Below, piece by piece: positions 17,748-28,982 of a DNA stretch of 29,668 nt. This DNA comes from a virus (lineage: Duplodnaviria; Caudoviricetes), in IMG/VR virus record IMGVR_UViG_3300025120_000343, positions 1 through 29,668 of that record; one strand, given 5' to 3'. Under the pieces are notes generated by a model. The model worked only from the letters and a program-made list of their open reading frames with translations, was not told the DNA's origin and ran no database searches. Numbering within the stretch: position 1 is the stretch's first letter; the number at the start of each line of letters is the position of its first letter. A program made the position numbers and the translations under genes.

Positions 17748-18305
17748 TTAAAACTGTTTTTTAGGTAGATAATACTGACTATGGTTAAAATATTGATTTG
17801 TGGGTGGGTTAACATCATGTATATCAAATGTAACATTATCAAATCCCATAGAAAGTTCTTCATTACTACCCCACCATGTTGCTCTTCCACCTGCTTTCAT
17901 AAATGAAGGTATTAATCCCCAAATATCTGTATTATTTAAATCACCCCAAGTATCGTAAAATAAACCATCATAAGTACTTAAAGTATCTTTTATATCATAC
18001 CAACTACCTTCTAATATAGTTACATTAGGTTTATCTGCAGCCCATGCTTGAGCTTTTGTAATTACTTGTGGGTGGTTTTCTATAATAGTATGTGTATTAA
18101 TAGTATGTTGTTGAATATAACCAGCTGATATTCCCATTCCAAACCCTATTTCAAGAATATCTCCACCCCCCTCACAAGCATAAGCTGCTGAAGCTGACAT
18201 TATAGTATCTTCCCAATCCATCATTACTTCTAAAGTTTGATTTGATGAGTTTACATAAGTAATTTTATCACTTTCAAATGTTAGATTTGATGATAGATAT
18301 GTCAT
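17748..18305 (-). CDS. Class I SAM-dependent methyltransferase, guanidinoacetate N-methyltransferase / RMT2-like (185 aa)
   Basis: VMMDWEDTIM, GGDILEIGFGMGISA, HTIIENHPQV, LEGSW.D and YDGLFYDTW parallel GAMT/RMT2 motifs (VMERWETPYM, GGRVLEVGFGMAI, HWIIE, LKGLWED, FDGILYDTY). Confidence 0.85.
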   Translation of the reverse strand: MTYLSSNLTFESDKITYVNSSNQTLEVMMDWEDTIMSASAAYACEGGGDILEIGFGMGISAGYIQQHTINTHTIIENHPQVITKAQAWAADKPNVTILEGSWYDIKDTLSTYDGLFYDTWGDLNNTDIWGLIPSFMKAGGRATWWGSNEELSMGFDNVTFDIHDVNPPTNQYFNHSQYYLPKKQF

Positions 18306-18315
18306 AATTTAATTA

Positions 18316-21300
18316 TTAACTAATTGTTATAAATGTTTTATCAGGGTCAAAATAAATACAATCATCATTTACAGCATAACCAGCAATTCTAGCCCAACCA
18401 GATGATGGAACTGTGTTTGTTAAACTACCTGCAGTATTTGATAAATAAAGTGGTTGACCAATATTAAATCCATGACCTTCAAGCCCAGCAAATCCTTGTA
18501 GCATCATACCATCAGCTTGTGAACCACCTCCCATTGCCATAGCTAATAAATGACTAGCATGATCTTCATCTTGATTAGCATCTGCTAAATCCCAAGTTCC
18601 ACTTGTTGTAAGATAATATACTTTATATTGTGTTACAATTTGATTTGCAATATCTCTTTCAGAAATACCTGAAAATTCTTGATCAGCTAATCCTGCTTTA
18701 AACGATATAACTGCTCTTTCATTAAATGATAATTGACTAAGAGATGGTGATGAAGTTTCAACTACTGTAATATGTTGTTCAGTTGCTAAATTTGGTGATG
18801 AACCATTTAAGGTCATTATACCATTATTGGTTGTTCCTGTTATTGTAGCTGTTCCTGAAGTACCTGATGAACCACTACCTCCATTTGAACCTGATGTACC
18901 TGATGAACCATTAGATCCGTTTGATCCTGATGTACCTGAAGAACCGTTTGATCCACTTGTTCCTGATGAACCATTTTCTCCTGGTTCACCTGGTTCACCT
19001 TGTACACCACTTGTACCTGAAGAACCGTTTGATCCACTTGTTCCTGATGAACCATTACCTCCATTAGAACCTGAAGTTCCTGATGAACCTGATGTTCCTG
19101 AAGAACCATTAGATCCGTTTGAACCTGATGTACCTGAAGAACCTGAAGTACCTGATGAACCATTTGATCCGTTTGAACCTGAAGTACCTGATGAACCTGA
19201 AGTTCCTGAAGAACCATTAGATCCGTTTGAACCTGAAGTTCCTGATGAACCACTTGTTCCTGATGAACCATTAGATCCGTTTGAACCTGAAGTTCCTGAA
19301 GAACCATTAGATCCGTTTGAACCTGAAGTTCCTGATGAACCACTTGTTCCTGATGAACCGTTTGATCCGTTTGAACCTGAAGTTCCTGAAGAACCATTAG
19401 ATCCGTTTGAACCTGATGTACCTGATGAACCGTTTGAACCTGATGTACCTGAAGAACCATTAGATCCGTTTGAACCTGAAGTACCTGATGAGCCACTTGT
19501 TCCTGATGAACCGTTTGATCCGTTTGAACCTGATGTACCTGAAGAACCATTAGATCCGTTTGAACCTGAAGTACCTGATGAGCCACTTGTTCCTGATGAA
19601 CCGTTTGATCCGTTTGAACCTGATGTACCTGATGAACCGTTTGATCCGTTTGAACCTGATGTACCTGATGAACCTGAATTACCTGTTACAGCAAAGTTTA
19701 TTACTACATCATCATTAGTAGCAAATGCTGAATATGTAAGTGCTGATACCCCAAATTGAATATAATTGGTTTGATTAGTTAATGATGTTACTTTTGCAAT
19801 TAATATTTCAGTATCACTATTTTCTCTTTGTATAGTAACAGTTCCAAATCCTGTAGTTGAGTTGCCTGAATCATCCCATGAATTTAACCACGTTAATTGG
19901 GATACACCATTTTGGTCTGTTTTATTTATGTTTAATTGATTAGTACCATTATAAGAGAAAAATCCATTTGAATTTAAACCTGAATTATTAAATCTATATG
20001 GAACTCCACCTCTATCACCTGATGATCCTGATGAACCTGACGTTCCTGATGAACCATTAGATCCGTTTGAACCTGATGTACCTGATGAACCATTTGACCC
20101 ATTTGAACCTGAAGTTCCTGATGATCCACTTGTTCCTGATGAACCATTTGATCCATTTGATCCTGATGTACCTGAAGAACCTGAAGTTCCTGATGAACCA
20201 TTTGATCCATTTGATCCTGATGTACCTGAAGAACCATTTGATCCTGATGTACCTGAAGAACCATTAGATCCATTAGAACCTGATGTACCTGAAGAACCCG
20301 AAGTTCCTGAAGAACCATTTGATCCGTTTGAACCTGAAGTTCCTGATGAACCTGAAGTTCCGGATGAACCTGACGTTCCTGATGAACCATTAGATCCGTT
20401 TGATCCTGATGTACCTGAAGAACCTGAAGTTCCTGAAGAACCATTTGATCCATTAGAACCCGAAGTTCCTGATGAACCATTAGAACCATTTGATCCTGAT
20501 GTACCTGATGAACCTGATGTTCCTGATGAACCGTTTGATCCATTTGAACCTGAAGTTCCACTGGAACCTGCAGTACCTGAAGTACCAGATGCTCCACTTA
20601 CTCCTGAAGTTCCTGATGAACCACTTGTTCCTGATGAACCACTTGTTCCTGATGAACCATTTGATCCATTTGAACCTGAAGTTCCTGATGAACCTGATGT
20701 TCCTGATGAACCGTTAGATCCGTTTGAACCTGATGTTCCTGATGAGCCTGAAGTTCCTGATGAACCGTTTGATCCATTTGAACCTGACGTACCTGATGAA
20801 CCACTTGTTCCTGATGAACCACTTGTTCCTGATGAACCATTTGATCCATTTGATCCTGATGTACCTGATGAACCTGATGTTCCTGAAGAACCGTTTGATC
20901 CATTTGAACCTGAAGTTCCTGAAGAACCTGATGTACCTGAAGAACCATTAGATCCGTTTGATCCTGATGTACCTGATGAACCTGATGTTCCACTTGAACC
21001 TGAATCTCCAAATGCTGCAAATGATACTACAACTTTATCATTAGTTGAAAATGCACTTTCAGATAATTCTGTAACTCCAAATTGAATATAATTAGTTTGA
21101 TTAGTTAATGATGTTACTTTAGCAACTAATATTGATGCTCCACTATCTCTTTCTTGTAAAGTAACTACACCAAACCCATTTGTACTGTCACCTGTGTCAT
21201 CCCATGAATTTAACCACGTTAATTGGGATACGCCATTCCCATCTGTTTTATTAATTGATAATGTATTACTACCATTATAATATAAAAATCCGTTTGAATT

Positions 21301-24300
21301 TATACCCGAATTGTTAAATGTGTATGGAACTCCACCTCTATCACCTGATGATCCTGATGAACCTGACGTTCCTGATGAGCCGTTTGATCCATTAGAACCT
21401 GACGTACCTGATGAACCACTTGTTCCTGATGAACCTGATGTTCCTGATGAACCGTTAGATCCGTTTGAACCTGATGTTCCTGATGAGCCTGAAGTTCCTG
21501 ATGAACCGTTAGAACCATTTGATCCTGAAGTACCTGATGAGCCACTTGTTCCCGAAGAACCATTAGATCCATTTGAACCTGATGTACCTGAAGAACCTGA
21601 TGTTCCTGATGAACCTGAAGTTCCTGATGAACCATTTGATCCATTTGAACCTGAAGTACCTGAAGAACCACTTGAACCTGATGTACCTGAGCTACCTGCT
21701 GTACCTGATGAACCACTTGTTCCTGATGAACCATTTGATCCATTTGAACCTGAAGTTCCTGAAGAACCTGAAGTACCTGAAGAACCGTTTGACCCATTAG
21801 AACCTGATGTTCCTGATGAACCTGATGTTCCACTTGAACCTGAATCACCAAACGCTGCAAAGTTTACTACAACATCATCATTAGTAGCAAATGCTGAATA
21901 TGTAAGTGCTGATATTCCAAACTGGATATAATTTGTAAAATTAGTTAATGATGTTACTTTAGCAACTAATAATTCAGCATCACTATTTGATCTTTGTATA
22001 GTAACTACACCAAACCCATTTGTGCTATCACCTGTGTCATCCCATGAATTTAACCATGTTACTTGAGATACACCATTTTGGTCTGTTTTATTAATTTGAA
22101 GTGTAGAAGTACCATTAGTATTTAAAAATCCGTTTGAATTAATTGCTGATGAATTAGATCTATAATTAACTCCTCCTCTATCACCTGAAGATCCTGATGA
22201 GCCACTTGTTCCTGACGAACCTGAAGTACCTGAAGAACCGTTTGATCCATTTGAACCTGAAGTTCCTGATGAACCTGAAGTTCCTGATGAACCTGAAGTA
22301 CCTGAAGAACCGTTTGACCCATTTGAACCTGAAGTTCCTGATGAACCTGATGTTCCTGATGAACCATTTGATCCGTTTGATCCTGAAGTACCTGAAGAAC
22401 CTGAAGTACCTGATGAACCATTTGATCCGTTTGAACCTGAAGTACCTGATGAGCCACTTGTCCCTGATGAACCTGCTGTTCCTGAAGAACCTGCTGTTCC
22501 TGAAGAACCTGCTGTTCCTGAAGAACCACTTGATCCTGAAGTACCTGATGAACCTGAAGTTCCAGAAGAACCTGCAGTACCTGATGAACCTGAAGTTCCT
22601 GAAGAACCTGAATCCCCAAATGCAGCAAATGATATTACAACTTTATCATTAGTTGAAAATGCGCTTTCAGCAAGTTCAGTTACTCCAAACGAAATAAAAT
22701 TAGTATTATTGGTTAATGATGTTACTTTAGCAACTAGTAATTCAGCATCACTATTTCTTGCTTGTATGGTAACTACACCAAACCCATTTGTACTATCACC
22801 TGTATCGTCCCATGAATTTAACCATGTTAATTGAGATACACCGTTTCCATCAAATTTGTTAACAGTTAATGTATTACTACCATTATAAAATAAAAATCCG
22901 TTTGAATTTATACCCGAATTATTAAATGTGTATGGAACTCCACCTCTATCACCTGATGATCCTGATGAACCTGATGTTCCTGAAGATCCGTTTGAACCTG
23001 ATGTACCTGATGAACCATTTGATCCACTTGTTCCTGATGAACCATTTGATCCACTTGTTCCTGATGATCCTGCTGTACCTGATGAACCTGATGTTCCTGA
23101 AGAACCTTGTTCACCTTGGCCTCCTGAAGTTCCTGATGAACCTGCTGGAATTCCAAAATTAAATTCACCATCTACTGCTGTTCCAACATCTGATACTGTT
23201 GCAGGTGATCCTGCAGCTAATGTAGTAGTAGTACCTACGGCTATTGTAGCCGATCTACCAGAAGAACCTGCTGTTCCTGATGAACCATTATTTCCACTTG
23301 TTCCTGATGAACCTGCTGTTCCTGAAGAACCTGATGTACCTGAAGAGCCTGCTGTTCCTGAAGAACCACTTGAACCTGAAGTACCTGAAGAGCCTGAAGA
23401 GCCTGATGTACCTGAAGAGCCTGCTGTTCCTGAAGAACCACTTGAACCTGAAGTACCTGAAGAACCGGCTGTACCTGATGATCCTGCTGTTCCTGATGAA
23501 CCTGCTGTTCCTGAAGAACCACTTGATCCTGAAGTACCTGAAGAACCTGCTGTTCCTGATGATCCTGCTGTCCCTGAAGAACCTGAAGTACCGGATGAAC
23601 CTGAATCACCATAAGCTGCAAAACTTACAACTAATTCAGTTGTTGAAGGTATTCCTGTATCTATTAAAGTTCCTGATACCGTTGAAAATGTATAAATATT
23701 TCCTGATAATGTTGATAAACTAGCTAATGTTACTGCTAATATTTCATTACCACTACCAGCTTCTTGTACTGTTACTCTACCTATTCCTGTAGTTGAATTT
23801 CCTTGGTCATTCCAACTATTAATCCAATTACTTTGATCTACACCATCACCATCAGTTTTATTAATTATAAATGAACTTATTCCTGACGAATAATTAAGTT
23901 CTCCTGGATCTAATAAAGGTGATGAAAAATATTCATATCTTACTCCTCCTCTATCACCTGAAGATCCTGATGAACCACTTGTTCCTGATGAACCATTTGA
24001 TCCACTTGTTCCTGATGATCCTGCTGTACCTGATGAACCTGATGTTCCTGAAGAACCTTGTTCACCTTGGCCTCCTGAAGTTCCTGATGAACCTGCTGTT
24101 CCTGAAGAACCACTTGAACCTGAAGTACCTGAAGAGCCTGAAGAGCCTGCTGTACCTGAAGAACCTGACGTTCCTGAAGATCCTGCTGTACCTGAAGAAC
24201 CTGATGTACCTGAAGAGCCTGCTGTACCTGAAGAACCTGATGTACCTGAAGAACCTGAAGAACCTGAAGTTCCTGATGATCCGGCTGTACCTGAAGAACC

Positions 24301-27300
24301 TGATGTACCTGCATCTGGTAAGAATGTTACTGATAGGTTTTCACTAATACTAAAATCAGTTGCACCACCCCCACCTGTAGTACCTTGTGGTGAACTTACT
24401 GTAAATGTTAAATTATTAGCTCCTCCTGCCCATGAAAATGATGTAACTGTAGCTTGAAATGATTTATCCCCAGCAGAATTTAATATTTGTAATAAACCTG
24501 TTCCTGGACTATCATCTATGTAATTAAAGAATGGTACTACACTACCTCCTTGATTATTTAAATTATCTAATTCTACTTCAGTAACTGATGCTACTAAACC
24601 ATTATTGAAATTTAATTTACCTGATGTTACTGAAGTTGACGGATCAACATAATCAAAAGGAATTCCACCAACTATACCTGCTGTACCTGAAGAACCATCT
24701 TGACCATATGGTAAGAATGATAAATCTACTGTTGAACCATTTGAAAATGGATTTGCACTAGGTGATTCAGTTACTGAACCTGCTACTGTAAATACATCAC
24801 CAACATTTGATACACTAGTATACTCAAATCTCATTGTTGGATTCTGGAATAATGTTAATGATCCAGGTGCTGTAGGTGTTGGAATTGTATCACCATTTTC
24901 ATCTACATTAAAATATGTTACTTGTGTAGCTAAATTTTGTGTAGCACTATTAAATTTAAATTCTCCAGCACTTAATGTTGTTGATGGTATAACTAATCCT
25001 AATGGAAATTGAGTTGCTGCACTTAATCCTGATGATCCTGAAGTACCTGAGCTACCTGCTGTACCTGAAGAACCTGAAGTACCTGAGCTTCCTGCTGTAC
25101 CTGAGCTACCTGCTGTACCTGAAGAACCTGCTGTACCTGATGAACCACTTGAACCTGAAGTACCTGATGAACCTGCTGTTCCTGAAGAACCACTTGATCC
25201 TGAAGTACCTGATGAACCTGCTGTACCTGAAGAACCTGCTGTACCTGAGCTACCTGCTGTACCTGAGCTACCTGCTGTACCTGATGAACCACTTGAACCT
25301 GAAGTACCTGAAGAACCTGCTGTACCTGAAGAACCTGAGCTTCCTGCTGTACCTGATGAACCACTTGAACCTGAAGTACCTGATGAACCTGCTGTACCTG
25401 AAGAACCTGAAGAACCTGAAGTACCTGAAGAACCTGCTGTACCTGAAGAACCTGCTGTACCTGAGCTACCTGCTGTACCTGAGCTACCTGCTGTACCTGA
25501 TGAACCACTTGAACCTGAAGTACCTGATGAACCTGCTGTACCTGATGAACCTGAACTACCTGCTGTACCTGATGAACCACTTGAACCTGAAGTACCTGAT
25601 GAGCCTGAAGAACCTGAAGTACCTGAGCTTCCTGCTGTACCTGAGCTTCCTGCTGTACCTGAGCTTCCTGCTGTACCTGAAGAACCTGATGAACCTGAAG
25701 AACCTGCTGTACCTGAAGATCCTGATGAACCTCCTGTACCTGATGAACCTGAACTACCTGCTGTACCTGATGAACCTGAAGAACCTGAAGTACCTGAAGA
25801 ACCTGAAGTACCTGAAGAACCTGCTGTACCTGATGAACCTGCTGTACCTGATGAACCTGCTGTACCTGAGCTACCTGCTGTACCTGAGCTACCTGCTGTA
25901 CCTGATGAACCACTTGAACCTGCTGTACCTGATGAACCTGATGAACCTGCTGTACCTGATGAACCACTTGAACCTGAAGTACCTGATGAGCCTGAAGAAC
26001 CTGAAGTACCTGAGCTTCCTGCTGTACCTGAGCTACCTGCTGTACCTGAGCTACCTGCTGTACCTGAAGATCCACTTGAACCTGAAGAACCTGCTGTACC
26101 TGAAGATCCTGATGAACCTCCTGTACCTGATGAACCTGAACTACCTGCTGTACCTGATGAACCTGAAGAACCTGAAGAACCTGAAGTACCTGAGCTTCCT
26201 GCTGTACCTGAGCTACCTGCTGTACCTGAGCTTCCTGCTGTTCCTGAAGAACCTGCTGTACCTGAAGAACCTGCTGTACCTGAAGATCCACTTGAACCTG
26301 CTGTACCTGAAGAACCTGCTGTTCCTGAAGAACCACTTGAACCTGAAGTACCTGATGAACCTGCTGTACCTGATGAACCTGAACTACCTGATGTACCTGA
26401 TGACCCTGCTGTACCTGAAGAACCTGCTGTACCTGAGCTACCTGCTGTACCTGAAGAACCACTTGATCCTGAAGAACCTGCTGTACCTGAAGATCCTGAT
26501 GAACCTCCTGTACCTGAAGATCCTGATGAACCTGCTGTACCTGAAGAACCTGAAGAACCTGAAGTACCTGAAGAACCTGCTGTACCTGAAGAACCGGCTG
26601 TACCTGATGATCCTGCTGTTCCTGATGATCCTGCTGTTCCTGATGAACCTGAAGAACCTGCTGTACCTGAAGAACCTGATGAACCTCCTGTACCTGAAGA
26701 TCCTGATGAACCTGCTGTACCTGAAGAACCTGAAGAACCTGAAGTACCTGAGCTACCTGCTGTACCTGAAGAGCCTGCTGTACCTGAGCTTCCTGCTGTA
26801 CCTGAGCTACCTGCTGTACCTGAGCTACCTGATGAACCTGCTGTTCCTGAAGAACCTGATGAACCTCCTGTACCTGATGAACCTGAAGAACCTGCTGTAC
26901 CTGATGATCCTGATGAACCTGAAGTACCTGAAGAACCTGCTGTACCTGAAGAACCTGCTGTACCTGAGCTACCCGCTGTACCTGAAGAGCCTGCTGTACC
27001 TGAGCTTCCTGCTGTACCTGAGCTACCTGCTGTACCTGAGCTACCTGATGAACCTGCTGTACCTGAGCTACCTGCTGTACCTGATGAACCTGAAGAACCT
27101 GAAGTACCTGAAGAACCTGCTGTACCTGAACTACCTGCTGAACCTGATGTACCTGAAGAGCCTGCTGTACCTGAGCTACCTGCTGTACCTGAGCTACCTG
27201 CTGTACCTGAGCTACCTGCTGTACCTGAGCTACCTGCTGTACCTGATGAACCACTTGATCCTGAAGAACCTGCTGTTCCTGATGAACCTGATGAACCTGC

Positions 27301-27987
27301 TGTTCCTGATGAACCTGAAGAACCTGAAGTACCTGAAGAACCGGCTGAACCTGATGTACCTGAAGAACCGGCTGAACCTGATGTACCTGATGAACCTGCT
27401 GTTCCTGAAGAGCCTGCTGTACCTGAAGAACCTGCTGTACCTGAAGAACCTGCTGTTCCTGAAGAGCCTGATGAACCTCCTGTACCTGATGATCCTGATG
27501 AACCTCCTGTACCTGATGATCCTGATGAACCTCCTGTACCTGAGCTACCTGATGAACCTGATGTTCCTGAAGAGCCTGCTATACCTGAAGTACCCGAACT
27601 ACCTGCTATACCTGAAGTACCCGAACTACCTGCTATACCTGAAGTACCTGAAGTACCTGCACCTGAAGTACCTGAAGAACCTGCACCACTATTAATTGTT
27701 ATATTTGCTTGACCATTTCCTGCATTAGAAACACTTATACCACTACCCGTAAAATTTAATGTAGCTGTGTCAGTTACTATTGCTTGTGAATTTTTACTGG
27801 TAGTAAGAGAAGAACTAGATATTCCTGAAAGATCAATTGTCCTTTTTAAAACATTAGCACCATTATTAGTGTAAAATAAAAGATCATTACCTGATATGGC
27901 TACATCAAATAAAAGTGACGAAAAATTATCATCTACTTCCGTCCATGTTAATTCAGAACCTTTAGTATTTCTTAAAATTATAGCCAT
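18316..27987 (-). CDS. Giant Gly-X-X (collagen-like) Ser/Gly/Thr-rich fibre protein with interspersed globular domains (3223 aa)
   Basis: N-terminal phage structural-protein motif [20 protein letters not shown]; about 2100 residues of GSS/GTA/GTS/GSN triplets; seven ~110-120-aa globular domains; ~175-aa C-terminal domain (VYYL...WDLADA...GQPLYLS...RIAGYAV...YFDP). Lies within the neck-tail module. Confidence 0.9.
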   Translation of the reverse strand: MAIILRNTKGSELTWTEVDDNFSSLLFDVAISGNDLLFYTNNGANVLKRTIDLSGISSSSLTTSKNSQAIVTDTATLNFTGSGISVSNAGNGQANITINSGAGSSGTSGAGTSGTSGIAGSSGTSGIAGSSGTSGIAGSSGTSGSSGSSGTGGSSGSSGTGGSSGSSGTGGSSGSSGTAGSSGTAGSSGTAGSSGTAGSSGTSGSAGSSGTSGSAGSSGTSGSSGSSGTAGSSGSSGTAGSSGSSGSSGTAGSSGTAGSSGTAGSSGTAGSSGTAGSSGTSGSAGSSGTAGSSGTSGSSGSSGTAGSSGTAGSSGSSGTAGSSGTAGSSGTAGSSGTAGSSGTAGSSGTAGSSGTSGSSGSSGTAGSSGSSGTGGSSGSSGTAGSSGSSGTAGSSGTAGSSGTAGSSGTAGSSGTSGSSGSSGTAGSSGSSGTGGSSGSSGTAGSSGSSGTAGSSGTAGSSGTAGSSGTAGSSGTSGSSGSSGTAGSSGSSGTGGSSGSSGTAGSSGSSGSSGTAGSSGTAGSSGTAGSSGTSGSSGSSGTAGSSGTSGSSGSSGTAGSSGTAGSSGSSGTAGSSGTAGSSGTAGSSGTAGSSGTAGSSGTSGSSGSSGSSGTAGSSGSSGTGGSSGSSGTAGSSGSSGSSGTAGSSGTAGSSGTAGSSGTSGSSGSSGTSGSSGSSGTAGSSGSSGTAGSSGSSGTAGSSGTAGSSGTAGSSGTAGSSGTAGSSGTSGSSGTSGSSGSSGTAGSSGSSGTGGSSGSSGTAGSSGSSGSSGTAGSSGTAGSSGTAGSSGTSGSSGSSGTSGSSGSSGTAGSSGSSGTAGSSGTSGSSGSSGTAGSSGTAGSSGTAGSSGTAGSSGTSGSSGSSGTAGSSGTSGSSGSSGTAGSSGSSGTAGSSGTSGSSGSSGTAGSSGTAGSSGTAGSSGTAGSSGTSGSSGSSGTAGSSGTSGSSGSSGTAGSSGTAGSSGTAGSSGTSGSSGTAGSSGTSGSSGLSAATQFPLGLVIPSTTLSAGEFKFNSATQNLATQVTYFNVDENGDTIPTPTAPGSLTLFQNPTMRFEYTSVSNVGDVFTVAGSVTESPSANPFSNGSTVDLSFLPYGQDGSSGTAGIVGGIPFDYVDPSTSVTSGKLNFNNGLVASVTEVELDNLNNQGGSVVPFFNYIDDSPGTGLLQILNSAGDKSFQATVTSFSWAGGANNLTFTVSSPQGTTGGGGATDFSISENLSVTFLPDAGTSGSSGTAGSSGTSGSSGSSGTSGSSGTAGSSGTSGSSGTAGSSGTSGSSGTAGSSGSSGTSGSSGSSGTAGSSGTSGGQGEQGSSGTSGSSGTAGSSGTSGSNGSSGTSGSSGSSGDRGGVRYEYFSSPLLDPGELNYSSGISSFIINKTDGDGVDQSNWINSWNDQGNSTTGIGRVTVQEAGSGNEILAVTLASLSTLSGNIYTFSTVSGTLIDTGIPSTTELVVSFAAYGDSGSSGTSGSSGTAGSSGTAGSSGTSGSSGSSGTAGSSGTAGSSGTAGSSGTSGSSGSSGTAGSSGTSGSSGSSGTSGSSGSSGTAGSSGTSGSSGTAGSSGTSGNNGSSGTAGSSGRSATIAVGTTTTLAAGSPATVSDVGTAVDGEFNFGIPAGSSGTSGGQGEQGSSGTSGSSGTAGSSGTSGSNGSSGTSGSNGSSGTSGSNGSSGTSGSSGSSGDRGGVPYTFNNSGINSNGFLFYNGSNTLTVNKFDGNGVSQLTWLNSWDDTGDSTNGFGVVTIQARNSDAELLVAKVTSLTNNTNFISFGVTELAESAFSTNDKVVISFAAFGDSGSSGTSGSSGTAGSSGTSGSSGTSGSSGSSGTAGSSGTAGSSGTAGSSGTSGSSGTSGSNGSNGSSGTSGSSGTSGSNGSNGSSGTSGSSGTSGSNGSNGSSGTSGSSGTSGSSGTSGSNGSNGSSGTSGSSGTSGSSGSSGDRGGVNYRSNSSAINSNGFLNTNGTSTLQINKTDQNGVSQVTWLNSWDDTGDSTNGFGVVTIQRSNSDAELLVAKVTSLTNFTNYIQFGISALTYSAFATNDDVVVNFAAFGDSGSSGTSGSSGTSGSNGSNGSSGTSGSSGTSGSNGSNGSSGTSGSSGTAGSSGTSGSSGSSGTSGSNGSNGSSGTSGSSGTSGSSGTSGSNGSNGSSGTSGSSGTSGSNGSNGSSGTSGSSGTSGSNGSNGSSGTSGSSGTSGSSGTSGSNGSNGSSGTSGSSGSSGDRGGVPYTFNNSGINSNGFLYYNGSNTLSINKTDGNGVSQLTWLNSWDDTGDSTNGFGVVTLQERDSGASILVAKVTSLTNQTNYIQFGVTELSESAFSTNDKVVVSFAAFGDSGSSGTSGSSGTSGSNGSNGSSGTSGSSGTSGSNGSNGSSGTSGSSGTSGSNGSNGSSGTSGSSGTSGSSGTSGSNGSNGSSGTSGSSGTSGSNGSNGSSGTSGSSGTSGSNGSNGSSGTSGSSGTSGSSGTSGVSGASGTSGTAGSSGTSGSNGSNGSSGTSGSSGTSGSNGSNGSSGTSGSNGSNGSSGTSGSSGTSGSNGSNGSSGTSGSSGTSGSSGTSGSNGSNGSSGTSGSSGTSGSNGSNGSSGTSGSNGSSGTSGSNGSNGSSGTSGSSGTSGSNGSNGSSGTSGSSGTSGSNGSNGSSGTSGSNGSNGSSGTSGSSGSSGDRGGVPYRFNNSGLNSNGFFSYNGTNQLNINKTDQNGVSQLTWLNSWDDSGNSTTGFGTVTIQRENSDTEILIAKVTSLTNQTNYIQFGVSALTYSAFATNDDVVINFAVTGNSGSSGTSGSNGSNGSSGTSGSNGSNGSSGTSGSSGTSGSNGSNGSSGTSGSNGSNGSSGTSGSSGTSGSNGSNGSSGTSGSNGSSGTSGSNGSNGSSGTSGSNGSNGSSGTSGSSGTSGSNGSNGSSGTSGSNGSNGSSGTSGSSGTSGSNGSNGSSGTSGSSGTSGSNGSNGSSGTSGSSGTSGSNGSNGSSGTSGSSGTSGSNGGNGSSGTSGSNGSSGTSGVQGEPGEPGENGSSGTSGSNGSSGTSGSNGSNGSSGTSGSNGGSGSSGTSGTATITGTTNNGIMTLNGSSPNLATEQHITVVETSSPSLSQLSFNERAVISFKAGLADQEFSGISERDIANQIVTQYKVYYLTTSGTWDLADANQDEDHASHLLAMAMGGGSQADGMMLQGFAGLEGHGFNIGQPLYLSNTAGSLTNTVPSSGWARIAGYAVNDDCIYFDPDKTFITIS
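18850..24310 (-). repeat. Seven shorter 9-nt-period Gly-X-X coding repeat blocks separated by globular domains
   Basis: Approximate blocks: 18850-19680, 20020-21005, 21346-21845, 22186-22612, 22954-23145, 23258-23606, 23959-24310. Plus strand built of cctgatgaa / cctgaagta / ccatttgat-type 9-mers. Confidence 0.9.
19681..22953 (-). repeat. Four homologous 339-nt (113-aa) globular-domain repeats
   Basis: Copies at 19681-20019, 21007-21345, 21847-22185 and 22615-22953, all GDRGGV.Y...NSNGFL...[25 protein letters not shown]...[13 protein letters not shown]...SAF.TND.VV..FA..G. A diverged fifth copy is at 23608-23958. Confidence 0.92.
25030..27690 (-). repeat. ~2.66-kb degenerate 9/18-nt tandem coding repeat (GSS-GTA / GSS-GTS)
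   Basis: Plus-strand units such as cctgctgta-cctgaagaa and cctgctgta-cctgagcta repeated continuously; about 290 Gly-X-X triplets. Confidence 0.95.
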
Positions 27988-28000
27988 TAATCCAATTTAA

Positions 28001-28010
28001 TTATAAATAT
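28001..28010 (-). promoter_or_regulatory. Putative late promoter ATATTTATAA
   Basis: 13 nt upstream of the giant fibre ATG. Confidence 0.6.
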
Positions 28011-28027
28011 GTTAACAATTTAAAAAA

Positions 28028-28981
28028 TTATAATTTATCTACAAAACTTGCTGGGTTATTATCTGATAAAATTGATAACCTAGGATCTGCAGATGTGTTT
28101 ATTTCTGGTATTTTAGATACCATTTCCATATTAAATATTAGTTGTGTTGCATTGCTTAATTTTTTAACAGATGCTAATTCTTTTTGTATAGTATCAGGTA
28201 TTAAATACCCATTTAATTTAAGTGAAAAATTGGTTTTAACTAATCTATTACCTGCTGTTACTAATTCAACAGTAGTAGCATAGTTATCAATACGAGCATT
28301 AAATTGAAATCTTTCTTTATTTCCCCAATATGAATCAGAAGCATAATTCATTGCTTCTATTATTTTATTCATTTGCTCTACATAATAAGTAGATATAATA
28401 AAATCATATGTTAATGTAACATAATCAGGCATTACTACAGCATATGATTCTTTTTTAGGAATTCTATTATTTAAAATATTAAAATTATCATATTGATTTT
28501 TTATACTATAAGGTTTCTGGAATAATTGAACATTATTAGGATAATTAGCATCTAATTTATTTGCAATACTTCTATTTTTTTCAACACTAGTACGTTTGTA
28601 TGTTATAACAGGCATCATTATTTTACCTTTTAAATCTCTATAATATCCTTCTTTTTGTACTTGAGCCCATCTTTCAGGTGAACCATAATAAATAGGTACT
28701 TTTTGCACTACACCATTTTGAATTACTGTAGGTTTAATTACATTTTCCATGTAATAAACTATTGCTTCATCATTTTCTTTTAAACCTAATGCAAAAGGTT
28801 TTGTGTTATCATCTCTAAATGAAACATGATTACCTCTATTATTTCTACCATCAGGCCCTATCCCATCTAAATTAGGATTTTGATTAACAGTACCATCAGG
28901 ATAAACATAAGGTTGTTGTGATGGAGTTTGTAGTAAAATCTCTCTTTGTGTTTTAGGTCTTGGTGTTTTTTGATTAGCCAT
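28028..28981 (-). CDS. Tail sheath stabiliser / tail terminator-like protein (T4 gp15-like), 317 aa
   Basis: KVPIYYGSPERW (cf. gp15 VPLAYGP), MPVITYKRTSV and PDYVTLTYDFII...QMNKIIEAM; follows neck genes. Confidence 0.7.
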   Translation of the reverse strand: MANQKTPRPKTQREILLQTPSQQPYVYPDGTVNQNPNLDGIGPDGRNNRGNHVSFRDDNTKPFALGLKENDEAIVYYMENVIKPTVIQNGVVQKVPIYYGSPERWAQVQKEGYYRDLKGKIMMPVITYKRTSVEKNRSIANKLDANYPNNVQLFQKPYSIKNQYDNFNILNNRIPKKESYAVVMPDYVTLTYDFIISTYYVEQMNKIIEAMNYASDSYWGNKERFQFNARIDNYATTVELVTAGNRLVKTNFSLKLNGYLIPDTIQKELASVKKLSNATQLIFNMEMVSKIPEINTSADPRLSILSDNNPASFVDKL

Positions 28982-28982
28982 A

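Noticed and set aside
18850-27690. Repeat array as CRISPR, satellite or DGR template/variable repeat
   Set aside because: No constant repeat with unique spacers, no cas or reverse transcriptase gene in the window, and variation is mostly synonymous rather than adenine-specific; it is coding sequence.
18827-27695. Many long alternative-frame and antisense ORFs (PEVPDEP..., QVLQVHQ..., LLYLKNL..., up to 897 aa)
   Set aside because: They are shadows of the 9-nt-period Gly-X-X repeat, which lacks stops in several frames; most begin and end near repeat-block edges and have no initiation context.
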